Source of the DNA: Candidatus Latescibacterota bacterium
GTDB lineage: Bacteria > Latescibacterota > UBA2968 > GCA-2709665
Direction of reading: 5' to 3'
Assembly (NCBI GenBank): GCA_963662665.2
Contig: CAXXJS010000028.1
Coordinates: forward strand, 96,001 to 160,000
Length of the DNA stretch: 64,000 nucleotides
Within the stretch, counting starts at the first letter, position 1; each line of letters opens with the position of its first letter. The notes under the pieces were generated by a model. That model had not been told where the DNA came from. It did not search any database and saw only the letters and a list, made by a program, of their open reading frames with translations. This document shows positions 38,986-47,618 of this stretch, piece by piece. Made by a program: the position numbers and the translations under genes.

Positions 38986-39618
38986 GTGGGCTCCATTGTG
39001 CTGAAAAAGAAAACTGAATGCACGCCGCTGCAGTGCGCCCCCGAGTCCGACGCGGCGCTGATCGATCGGGCGCTTGCGGGCGATGAGGGGGCCTATACGT
39101 ACCTTTACAGGGCGCATCGCGACCGTGTGCGCGCACTTGTACACCAATGTGCGAGGAGCGTGGATGAGACCGAAGACCTGGTTCAATTGGTCTTTATCAA
39201 GGCCTTTTTGGGGTTGGCCGGATTTCGCGGACAGGCCGCTTTCTCCACGTGGCTGACACGAATCGCGATGAACGTGTGCACGTCCCATTCACTGTCCATG
39301 AGAAAGCGGAAGAACTGGTTAAGTGACGTCGAGGGTGCGGCGCCAGCGCTCCAGTCGCGCTGGTACGCGTCGCCTGACGAAGGTCCCGAGGCCGCTTTGG
39401 CGCGAAAGGAGCGCCGGCAAATTGTGATGCAGAGCATCCGGGCGCTGCCGGAACGGCATCGGGAGGCGGTCTGTCTGCATTATCTTATGGAACGGTCCTA
39501 CGATGAGATCGTCGAGCAACTGCAGGTGCCGATGGGGACCCTGAAAGTCTGGCTGTACAGGGGGCGCCACGGGTTGAGGCGGAAGGTCGAACGGCTGGGG
39601 ATAACGGGAAGCACATAG
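38986..39618 (+). CDS. ECF sigma-70 family RNA polymerase sigma factor
   Basis: Region 2 (EDLVQLVFIKAF..FRGQAAFSTWLTRIAMN) and region 4 (LPERHR..SYDEI..VPMGTLKVWLYRGR). Start uncertain. Confidence 0.9.
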   Translation: MGSIVLKKKTECTPLQCAPESDAALIDRALAGDEGAYTYLYRAHRDRVRALVHQCARSVDETEDLVQLVFIKAFLGLAGFRGQAAFSTWLTRIAMNVCTSHSLSMRKRKNWLSDVEGAAPALQSRWYASPDEGPEAALARKERRQIVMQSIRALPERHREAVCLHYLMERSYDEIVEQLQVPMGTLKVWLYRGRHGLRRKVERLGITGST

Positions 39619-39680
39619 GTACGGCAAGGAAACGACTCAGGATCGTCGGTTTTCGACGTCTCGAACGTCGTTAAGGAAAG

Positions 39681-41126
39681 ATGATGGAAGAGCAAAAACC
39701 AAAGAAGGAAGAGGGACGCGTGTTGCGGTTGAATCGAGCGGGTACGGCGTCTGATCGGCAGGCTTCCGATCGGGAGGCGTCTCAAGGTCCGGCGGACTCC
39801 GTTGGCGGAGATAAACCGGTTCCCGGGTTTGTGAATCCCGGTACTTCCGCGTCTGTACGGGAGACACCAACCGAGGGCATGGACCGCAGGATCCGGAAGA
39901 AGCTGTGGACGCCGAAGCGCATCATCAGTTTCGCCGCGATCGCAGGCTTTGTGGGCTTGGTGGTCTACATGGCCATATTCGGCGACCACAGCGCCAGGCT
40001 CAACGTGCAGGTCGAGCGAATCACGATATCTGAAGTCACCATCGGTCCCTTCCAGGAGTTCATCCCCCAGCGCGGCACGGTGATGCCCATTCAGACCCAC
40101 TATCTGGACGCGCTGGAAGGCGGGCAGGTGGAGGAGATTTTCCTTGAAGTGGGGGCGATGGTCGAACGGGGTACGCCAATCCTGCGGATGTCGAACCCCA
40201 CGCTTGAACAGACCGTATTGAGCCAGGAAGCCCAGTTGTTCGAGCAGATCAACAGAATGGAAAACACACGGTTGAACCAGGAAATCCAGGATATCCAGCG
40301 AAAACGCTCACTGATGGACATCGAACTGGAACTGCAAAGGTCGGAACGCGAATTTCTGAGGCAGAAAGCGCTATTCGAACGAAATTTCACGTCTCGAGAA
40401 AAATTCCTTTCGGCAGAAGACAGTTACAATCATGCCCAAAAGCTCAGGGTATTTATGCTGGAGACGGTCAGACGCGACTCACTGTATCGAATCAATGAAC
40501 TGGCTGCCCTGCAGAAGCGCGCGCGCAGCCTGCAGCTTCAACTGGATGACGTGCGCCGTCCATTGAGAAACCTGACCGTGCGTGCGCCGATCGACGGTCA
40601 ATTGTCCCAGCTCAACGCCGAAATCGGCAAGTTGATCGCGAAGGGGACCAGCATCGGCCAGATCGACGTTCTGGACGCCTACAAGATGCGTGCGGCCATC
40701 GATGAATTCTACATTACGAGAATTACAGCGGGACTCAGAGGGACGATTGAAATCGACGAACAGACATTCGAATTGAAAATCCGCCGGGTTTTTCCCGAGG
40801 TAAGGGAGGGGCAGTTCGAGGTAGACATGGATTTCACAGGCGATGCGCCGCGAAGCATCCGCCGCGGGCAGACCGAGCAGATTCGACTGGAGCTGGACGC
40901 GCCCGAAGAAGCGTTGCTGTTGCCGAGGGGCGGTTTCTATCAGACCACCGGCGGCAACTGGGTCTTCGTGGTGGAGGGCGACCTGGCCGTACGGCGCGAC
41001 GTCCGCATCGGACGCCAGAATCCGGAGTATTTCGAAGTGCTCGAGGGACTGGCTCCGGGAGAACGCGTTGTGACGTCGTCATACGAAAATTATGAGGATA
41101 TAGATAAGCTGGTATTAAATCGGTGA
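39681..41126 (+). CDS. Efflux periplasmic adaptor subunit (MacA/HlyD family)
   Basis: Single TM anchor, EGGQVEEI lipoyl half, coiled coil, VRAPIDG, and GL..GERVVTS. Alternative start is 39879. Confidence 0.93.
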   Translation: MMEEQKPKKEEGRVLRLNRAGTASDRQASDREASQGPADSVGGDKPVPGFVNPGTSASVRETPTEGMDRRIRKKLWTPKRIISFAAIAGFVGLVVYMAIFGDHSARLNVQVERITISEVTIGPFQEFIPQRGTVMPIQTHYLDALEGGQVEEIFLEVGAMVERGTPILRMSNPTLEQTVLSQEAQLFEQINRMENTRLNQEIQDIQRKRSLMDIELELQRSEREFLRQKALFERNFTSREKFLSAEDSYNHAQKLRVFMLETVRRDSLYRINELAALQKRARSLQLQLDDVRRPLRNLTVRAPIDGQLSQLNAEIGKLIAKGTSIGQIDVLDAYKMRAAIDEFYITRITAGLRGTIEIDEQTFELKIRRVFPEVREGQFEVDMDFTGDAPRSIRRGQTEQIRLELDAPEEALLLPRGGFYQTTGGNWVFVVEGDLAVRRDVRIGRQNPEYFEVLEGLAPGERVVTSSYENYEDIDKLVLNR

Positions 41127-41745
41127 GAAGTGAGCCGGGAGACGGGAGAAGAAAAACCTGAAAGCGGGGAGCCGTGAGCCGGGAGACGGGAGAAGAAAAA
41201 CCTGAAAGCGGGGAGCCGTGAGCCGGGAGACGGGAGAGGAAAGACCTTGCCACCTGATGCGGCGCCAAACCCTTATAGGATAGGTACAAACACGATGATG
41301 GAACTCAGCCACAAGAAGCTTGTAGTATGGAAAAAGAGCATCGAACTGGTGAACGAGATATATACCCTGACCGCCAAGTTTCCTTCCGCCGAGCTCCATG
41401 GCATTACCAGCCAGCTACGGCGATCTGCTGTCTCAATACCGTCTAACATCGCCGAGGGATCAGCAAGAACTTCGAATACTGAACGCAGAAGATTTCTCGA
41501 AATAGCCAGGAGTTCGTTGGTTGAGTTGGATACTCAACTTGAAATAGCACTAAACCTCCAATTGTGTTCGGACGACGACGTTCAGTCAATATCAGAAACG
41601 ATGAATCGATTGTTTGGTTTGCTGTCAGGATTGATTAGTAGAGTTTCCTCGTAACCCGTGCCGGGTCCTTAGCCATTTTTGTTACGGCTAATAAAACGAG
41701 CGGGCACTCATATCCTCTCCCGTCTAACGTCTTCCGTCTAACTTC
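41121..41745 (+). mobile_element. Putative repeat-bounded cassette carrying a four-helix-bundle gene
   Basis: Left end is a 44-bp tandem unit (41130, 41174, 41218) rich in GAGACGG. Right end ctctcccgtctaacgtcttccgtct is the inverted heptamer array. No transposase is seen. Confidence 0.55.
41295..41654 (+). CDS. Four helix bundle protein (23S rRNA IVP / Avd-like family)
   Basis: HKKLVVWKKS, FPSAELHGITSQLRRSAVSIPSNIAEG and FLEIARSSLVELDTQL motifs. More AT-rich than its neighbours. Confidence 0.93.
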   Translation: MMELSHKKLVVWKKSIELVNEIYTLTAKFPSAELHGITSQLRRSAVSIPSNIAEGSARTSNTERRRFLEIARSSLVELDTQLEIALNLQLCSDDDVQSISETMNRLFGLLSGLISRVSS

Positions 41746-41750
41746 GGAAA

Positions 41751-42135
41751 GAGGTGAGCCGGGAGAGGGTAGAGGAAAAACCTGAAAGCGGGGAGCCGTG
41801 AGCCGGGAGACGGGAGAAGACATCCTTGCCCGATTGGTTCATCCTTTATGCCACCGGCAAGAAATGAAACCGCACGGGGCAGGCAATCTCTCCCCGCTTC
41901 CGTCTAACGTCTTACCCCGGGTGAGGTGGCCGGGGGGCGGGAGAGGAAAGACCTTGCCATCTGATGCGGCGCCAGGTCAAAAAGGATAGAGAGGGAACGC
42001 CGTGTTGAAACTTTCGCGTCATGATTTTGAAATTGACAAAAGCGTTTCACCTTAACCCGTGCCGCTTCAGTAGCCATTATTATTGCGGCCAATAAAACGG
42101 ACGGGCACTCATATCATCTCCCGTCTCCCGTCTAC
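41751..42135 (+). repeat. Miniature element (41751-41915) plus gene-less copy of the four-helix cassette (41919-42135)
   Basis: 41938-41975 repeats 41232-41268, and 42054-42135 repeats 41653-41730. Only about 80 bp separate them, in place of the gene. Confidence 0.85.
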
Positions 42136-42156
42136 CCTTTTTATAGGAGTTTCGAG

Positions 42157-42846
42157 ATGATCAAGACTGTGGATTTACAGAAGGTTTACCGTACAGAAGA
42201 GGTCGAAACCACCGCGCTCCGAAACGTCAACCTGGAGATCAGTGAAGGCGAGTTCGTTGCGGTGATGGGGCCGTCGGGTTGCGGCAAGTCCACGCTGCTG
42301 AACGTGCTGGGGTTGCTGGATAACCCGACCGATGGAGAATACTATCTGAACGACGTGGAGGTATCGAAACACACGGAGCGGCAGAGAGCCGATGCGCGAA
42401 AGGCGAATATCGGGTTCGTGTTTCAGAGTTTCAATCTGATCGACGAGCTGACCGTGGCCGAGAATATCGAGCTGCCGCTCCTGTACCTCAAGATGCCGTC
42501 CAAAGAACGCAGGAAACGCGTGGACGAGTCGATGGAGTATATGGGCATCAAACACCGCGAGAAACACTTCCCGCAGCAGTTGTCAGGCGGCCAACAGCAG
42601 CGCGTTGCCGTGGCGCGGGCGGTTATCTCGAATCCGAATATTATCCTCGCGGATGAGCCCACCGGGAACCTGGACTCCGCCAACGGCAATGAAGTCATGG
42701 GATTGCTGACGGAGTTGAATAAGAACGGGACGACCATCGTCATGGTCACGCACAAAGCCCACGACGCGGGATTCGCCCATCGCGTCGTTCACCTGTTCGA
42801 CGGCCACGTGGTATCCGAGAATATCAGAGAACAGGCGCCGAATTAG
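42157..42846 (+). CDS. ABC transporter ATP-binding protein (MacB/LolD family)
   Basis: GPSGCGKS, FVFQSFNLI, LSGGQQQR, ILADEPTGNLD and VTH. AGGAG SD. Confidence 0.97.
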   Translation: MIKTVDLQKVYRTEEVETTALRNVNLEISEGEFVAVMGPSGCGKSTLLNVLGLLDNPTDGEYYLNDVEVSKHTERQRADARKANIGFVFQSFNLIDELTVAENIELPLLYLKMPSKERRKRVDESMEYMGIKHREKHFPQQLSGGQQQRVAVARAVISNPNIILADEPTGNLDSANGNEVMGLLTELNKNGTTIVMVTHKAHDAGFAHRVVHLFDGHVVSENIREQAPN

Positions 42847-42999
42847 CTCATGTCAATCACGAGCCAAGATTTACATGGATGGACAGGATAAGCAGGATAA
42901 GAACGAACGTCCCCGGAAAACGCACATCATTCCGGTCTGCAACGGCGAATCCGGTCGACGCCTTGCGTCATGAGTAGCGCTCACGATTGGCTCTCCCGA

Positions 43000-43962
43000 T
43001 CACAACGTACCCACGTGACCGGCGCGGATGGCCTCGCACAGGCGCATGGTCTGCACGGCGTCGTCCAGGGTTGACCATGGCGTGCGGTCTTCCAGAATAC
43101 AGTCGACGAAGTGGACGATCTCGTTGAAGCCGGCCCCGCCCACGGCCTCGATTTCGTCGTCTCCCACCGAAAACGCCTCACCCCGCACATACCCCTCCAC
43201 CCGCGGCGCTCTCGTCAGATCGAGATAGACCGACAGGTCCTCCGCGTGCACTTCCGCCCGCTGGATCCGATAACCCACGCCATAGTGGCTCATCAGCACG
43301 CCGAACGTGCCGGTGTCAAAGCGCACAACCGCGTTGTGGCGGTGGGCGACCGGGCGCTCGCCGTCCTGCACCATGCCCCGCACCTCAACGGGTATCGCCG
43401 CTTCCTCCGGGCCGGAGCCCGCCAGCCAGCGGATCAGGTCCACGTGATGGATGGCGTCGCAGATCACGGGGTCGGGCGTTGCGTCCTTGAACCGGACCAA
43501 CGGCTTGTTGTACGTGGCGGCGACGTGTACCGCCCCTCCGCCGGCCCGGATTCGTCGCCGGACGGCCAGCACCTGCGGATAGTATCGACGGTTGAACGAT
43601 ACGATGCCTTTGCCGGTGCTATCCCGGACGGCGCGCGCCATCTGCTCCGTCTCACCGGCGTTCATTCCCGGCGACTTCTCTACCGAGGTGTGAATCCCGC
43701 GTTCAAGGCAATCGAGCACGATAGGTAGCAGATGCCCTGGATCCGTGACCACGTAAACGACGTCCGGCCGGCACGCGTCGAGCATCTGCAGGTAGTCCGT
43801 AGAGGCCAGGTCCGGCGCCCATTCGGCCCGGTTCTTCCGCAGGCGCTCCTCGTTGAGTTCAGCGATGCCCGCCAGCCGAAGGCGGGGTTCGTCGGTAATC
43901 ATCTGCAGGTGCGACTGCGCGTGCCCGCCACAGCCGATCACCGCCGCTTTCAGATCAGTCAT
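43000..43962 (-). CDS. Gfo/Idh/MocA family oxidoreductase
   Basis: VIGCGGHA, VEKSPG, FNRRY and DAIHHVD. AAAGGAG SD. Confidence 0.92.
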   Translation of the reverse strand: MTDLKAAVIGCGGHAQSHLQMITDEPRLRLAGIAELNEERLRKNRAEWAPDLASTDYLQMLDACRPDVVYVVTDPGHLLPIVLDCLERGIHTSVEKSPGMNAGETEQMARAVRDSTGKGIVSFNRRYYPQVLAVRRRIRAGGGAVHVAATYNKPLVRFKDATPDPVICDAIHHVDLIRWLAGSGPEEAAIPVEVRGMVQDGERPVAHRHNAVVRFDTGTFGVLMSHYGVGYRIQRAEVHAEDLSVYLDLTRAPRVEGYVRGEAFSVGDDEIEAVGGAGFNEIVHFVDCILEDRTPWSTLDDAVQTMRLCEAIRAGHVGTL

Positions 43963-43980
43963 GTCAACTCCTTTCAATTC

Positions 43981-44265
43981 GGGAAGACGTTAGAAGGAAG
44001 AACCTGAAAGCGGTGAGACGTGAGCCGGTAGACGGTAGAAGAGGTCCGTGCCCGATCGGTTCTTCCTTTTTATGCGACCGGCAAGAAATGAAACCGAACG
44101 GGGCAGGCGATTTCTACCCTCTTTCGTCTAACGTCTTCCCGCCTTTAGGAGACCTACCCCTTTCCCGGTTCCTGAAAGGGGGGAACTTACATCGCTTGAT
44201 GTATACCTGGTTCTGCTCCCCCTCTCCCCTTGGGAGAGGGGGTCGGGGGGTGAGGGTCTCCCCGC
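43981..44265 (+). repeat. Heptamer-ended miniature element plus CCCTCTCCC/GGGAGAGGGG palindrome
   Basis: Core tgcccgatcggtt..tatgcgaccggcaagaaatgaaaccg..ggggcaggc is shared with 41827-41890 and 46322-46385. Confidence 0.85.
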
Positions 44266-44379
44266 TCGCCGCTGTCCGCCACGTAGGGTAACAGGTGTTC
44301 GGATACATAGGTAACACTTTTCGGGGCGGCCCTTGTCGGTTGACGATTGATCGCTGCGAGCGGTGCGCCATTTTTTCAA

Positions 44380-44409
44380 TTGACACCTCTGGATATCTAC
44401 AAGTATCAT
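44380..44409 (+). promoter_or_regulatory. Candidate sigma70 promoter of the PhyH gene
   Basis: TTGACA-N18-TATCAT. Confidence 0.5.
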
Positions 44410-44480
44410 GACTACTACATATTATGAAGGGGTCTGGGGATTGTACAACATATAGGAGGTCGGAACTGGACCGGCAAGAG

Positions 44481-46229
44481 ATGAGCCACGAGGAGAACTA
44501 CTGTTTCGATGTCTCGGGCTACCTCATTATGCGGGGCGTTTTAACTCCCGAAGGGGTCAAAGCCTGCAATCGGGCGCTCGAGCGTGAGGGCCGCGCGAGT
44601 GGCATGCTGGGATGGCCCGCGCCGCATCGGGAGCCGTTCCGCGACCTGATGGTCCATCCCCTGCTGGTTTGGTACCTGAACCAGCTGATCGGAGACGGAT
44701 TCCGGCTGGACAGCGAACCGGAGCTCATCGGCAATGCGGACGGGGATAGCGGCGGCCTTGTCGGCGGCAATGAACCGATGGACGCCGGCCGGGCCTACTA
44801 CATCCTTAACGGCCGCCGGCACTGCCAGGGCATACGCGCTATCTGGGCGCTGTCGGATACGTGCGCGGAAGACGGCGGGTTTTCACTGGTGCCGTGCAGC
44901 CACAAGAGCAACGTGGAAACCCCGGACGACGTGCTGAACGGAAGAGACGATCTGGGACTGACCGTACAGCCGTTGCTGGAGGCGGGCGACCTGCTGCTGT
45001 GCGCGGCGACCCTGCTTCAGGGCGTACGTCCCGGAACGGGGGAGCACACACAGCGGTTGCTCCAGTACAAATACGCGGGGCACGCGGCGGTGCAATCCAC
45101 CGGCGCCGGACCGAAGACCCAAAGGGAGGATCAGCCGGAATGGATGGCGGAATTGACGCCGGAGCAGCGTGTCATGCTGCACAAGCCGGGATACAGGGAT
45201 ACGGACCCGCCTCCCACGCTCAGTTCGGATGGAGTGACGTGTCGGGTGGACCCGGAACCCGACCTGTCCCACCCCTCCATCTATATCAGGAATCCGGATT
45301 CGAACATCGACGAGAAGGAGTTTTATTTTTGGGACCTGTGCGGTCATCTCGTCCTCCGAAACGTGATGACTCCGGAAGACCTGGCGCTGGCGAACGAGGC
45401 GATAGACCGGTTTACAGACCGCATCGTGGTTGAAAGCGTGGATCTCGCCATGGGGTCAAAAAGCCTGGCCGGAACCGGGCGGCCCACCATGACCGGGCTG
45501 CTTGAAATGCCCAGACCCTACTGTGAACCGTTCCGGAAAATGCTCGCCCACCCTGCAGTGGTACACCGCCTCACCTGGATGGGCGGGAAGGGCTTCCGGT
45601 GTTCGGGCTTTGAGGCGATCTGTACGGCCAGGGGAGGCGCCGGACACTTTCTTCATGGCGGCAACGAACCGTTGAGTCCGTCTCGCAACTATACCTTCCA
45701 AAACGGCCGCAGCTATGCGTTGGGTGGCCCATCCGTCGGGGTGGCCTGGCAATTGCGGGACGTCGCCGAAAGCGACGGGGGCTTTGCCTGCGTGCCGGGA
45801 AGCCACAAGGCGCAGTACCGCATCCCTAAGGGCGTGTGGACCTGCGACGATGACATGGGGCTTGTGTTACATCCGCTGACAAAGGCCGGGGACGTCATCT
45901 TTTTCATGGACGGCCCGCAGGCGCACGGCGCTCTGGCGTGGAAGAGCGACGTGCCGCGGCGCGTTATCCTCACGCGGTACTCCTCGCGGCACTTCAACGG
46001 GGGGGCCGCAATGGCGACCCCGGAGGAGCGATGGGGGGATCTTCTTGAAGGGATGGGCGAGGCGCAACTGGCGGTGATGCGTGGGCCGGACCGCGACGAG
46101 AAGGGCAACAACGTGCCACGGCTGGTTTCGGAAAACGGAAGCATCGAAGTCATTTACGACCGGAGTCAGGGTGGGCTCTACACCAAAGCGACCCCGAAGG
46201 TGGCGCCTGGTTCTGGCGTTCGAGGGTGA
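44481..46229 (+). CDS. Tandem two-domain phytanoyl-CoA dioxygenase (PhyH) family Fe(II)/2OG protein
   Basis: Two repeats of F/W-D..G(Y/H)L..R.V(L/M)T, PFR....HP, DGGF..VP.SHK and AGD. Confidence 0.9.
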   Translation: MSHEENYCFDVSGYLIMRGVLTPEGVKACNRALEREGRASGMLGWPAPHREPFRDLMVHPLLVWYLNQLIGDGFRLDSEPELIGNADGDSGGLVGGNEPMDAGRAYYILNGRRHCQGIRAIWALSDTCAEDGGFSLVPCSHKSNVETPDDVLNGRDDLGLTVQPLLEAGDLLLCAATLLQGVRPGTGEHTQRLLQYKYAGHAAVQSTGAGPKTQREDQPEWMAELTPEQRVMLHKPGYRDTDPPPTLSSDGVTCRVDPEPDLSHPSIYIRNPDSNIDEKEFYFWDLCGHLVLRNVMTPEDLALANEAIDRFTDRIVVESVDLAMGSKSLAGTGRPTMTGLLEMPRPYCEPFRKMLAHPAVVHRLTWMGGKGFRCSGFEAICTARGGAGHFLHGGNEPLSPSRNYTFQNGRSYALGGPSVGVAWQLRDVAESDGGFACVPGSHKAQYRIPKGVWTCDDDMGLVLHPLTKAGDVIFFMDGPQAHGALAWKSDVPRRVILTRYSSRHFNGGAAMATPEERWGDLLEGMGEAQLAVMRGPDRDEKGNNVPRLVSENGSIEVIYDRSQGGLYTKATPKVAPGSGVRG

Positions 46230-46413
46230 GGGTCTCCCCCTTTCCTTTAGGAGAGGGGGCCGGGGGGAGAGGTCGCGAAAAAGAGGTGAGACGGTAGAGG
46301 TGAGACGGTAGAAGACGTCTTTGCCCGATTGGATCTGCCTCTATGCCATCGGCAGGATATGAAACCGCCCGGGGCTGGTCATCTCTACCCTCTCCCGTCT
46401 TACGTCTCACCGC
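46224..46413 (+). repeat. Palindrome plus heptamer-ended miniature element between convergent genes
   Basis: gtgagacggtagag...ctctcccgtcttacgtctcaccgc. The terminus contains the stop codon of the minus-strand gene. Confidence 0.85.
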
Positions 46414-47393
46414 ATTTCATCCGCCCGTTTCTTCATGGGATCGTAGCCGATCTTGAGCGGCAGTTCGATCAGTTCGCGTGTGCGGGCGGATTCGTGCATG
46501 GCCATCAGCAGTTCAGTCGCGGCCCGACCCTTCTCGCCGCTGCTCCGGTGTTCAGCTCCGCCTTCCACCCATGCGATCATTTCCCGCGTCTGTTCGAAAA
46601 ACCCCGGTTTGGCTTCTTCCCGGTATGTTGTGATGCCGTTCGTGTCTGTAAGGACCACTTCGTCGAGGGCGGCGTCAATCGTCCCCTCGCTACCCAGAAC
46701 GCGAAAGCGGAACCCGTCCGTTGGCGTCCTTTCGCCCATTTCCACCACCGCGCGGGTCCCGGTGCTGAAGGCGACAAGCCCCATGCTCGATTCTTCGGCA
46801 GGAGAACCCTGATACATGGTACCACGTATTCGTGACGCCTGTCCCATCACCCAGTCCGCCTCCGGGTCCCCGAGAAGGTAGCGCATCATGTCGACGATAT
46901 GGGTGCCGTTGTCCACAAGGCAGCTTGTGAGATAACTCCAGACCAGGCGGGGGTGTCCGATAGCGCTTTCCGCAATCAGGCGGCGCGCCTTATTGAAGTT
47001 GGGGCTCTGGCGATGGCGGTGGGCAATGACCAGCCGCGTATTGTTCTGCCTGCAGGCCTGGATCATACTGTCGGATTCGTCCAGGCTTAAACACATCGGT
47101 TTTTCGCAGAGCACGGCTTTCGCGCCGGCGTTGGCGGCGGCGATGGTCTGCTCGGCGTGGACCATCGGGTAGGTACATACGCTGACGAGATCGATATCGG
47201 ACTCGTACTCGAAGAGGTCTTGGTGAGAAGCGTAGCGGCCGGGAATGTTCAACTGGTCGCAGGTCCTGTTGAGGTTCTCCGGATTGACGTCGCAGGCGGC
47301 AACGAGCTGGACGTTGCCCTGTTCCAGGTAGGCCCTCGCATGGCGGCCGGAGATGTTGCCGCAGCCTATGAGGGCCGCTCGGTAGGAGAGCAT
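46407..47393 (-). CDS. Gfo/Idh/MocA family oxidoreductase
   Basis: LIGCGNIS, LCEKPM and NGTHIVD. Confidence 0.93.
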   Translation of the reverse strand: MLSYRAALIGCGNISGRHARAYLEQGNVQLVAACDVNPENLNRTCDQLNIPGRYASHQDLFEYESDIDLVSVCTYPMVHAEQTIAAANAGAKAVLCEKPMCLSLDESDSMIQACRQNNTRLVIAHRHRQSPNFNKARRLIAESAIGHPRLVWSYLTSCLVDNGTHIVDMMRYLLGDPEADWVMGQASRIRGTMYQGSPAEESSMGLVAFSTGTRAVVEMGERTPTDGFRFRVLGSEGTIDAALDEVVLTDTNGITTYREEAKPGFFEQTREMIAWVEGGAEHRSSGEKGRAATELLMAMHESARTRELIELPLKIGYDPMKKRADEMR

Positions 47394-47618
47394 CGATGTC
47401 GCTCCGTGTGATGGGTTTGGACCATAAGCCGGTCCAGGTGGTTGCGCAGGCGGTAGGGTTTTTGCTTGAATGAACGGGTCATTTCAAATACCATGTCCCC
47501 GAACATTAATGCAGATCCCCGCTTTATATATACCATCGGCTTACGCGGAATTCAAGCGATGTAACGCCACGTATCCGAGCGGTCCCCCAACCGACCGTTT
47601 GCGGCAAGGACTGAAGCG

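Noticed and set aside
41295-41654. Diversity-generating retroelement (Avd-like gene)
   Set aside because: No reverse transcriptase, and no template/variable repeat pair with adenine-specific differences is visible.
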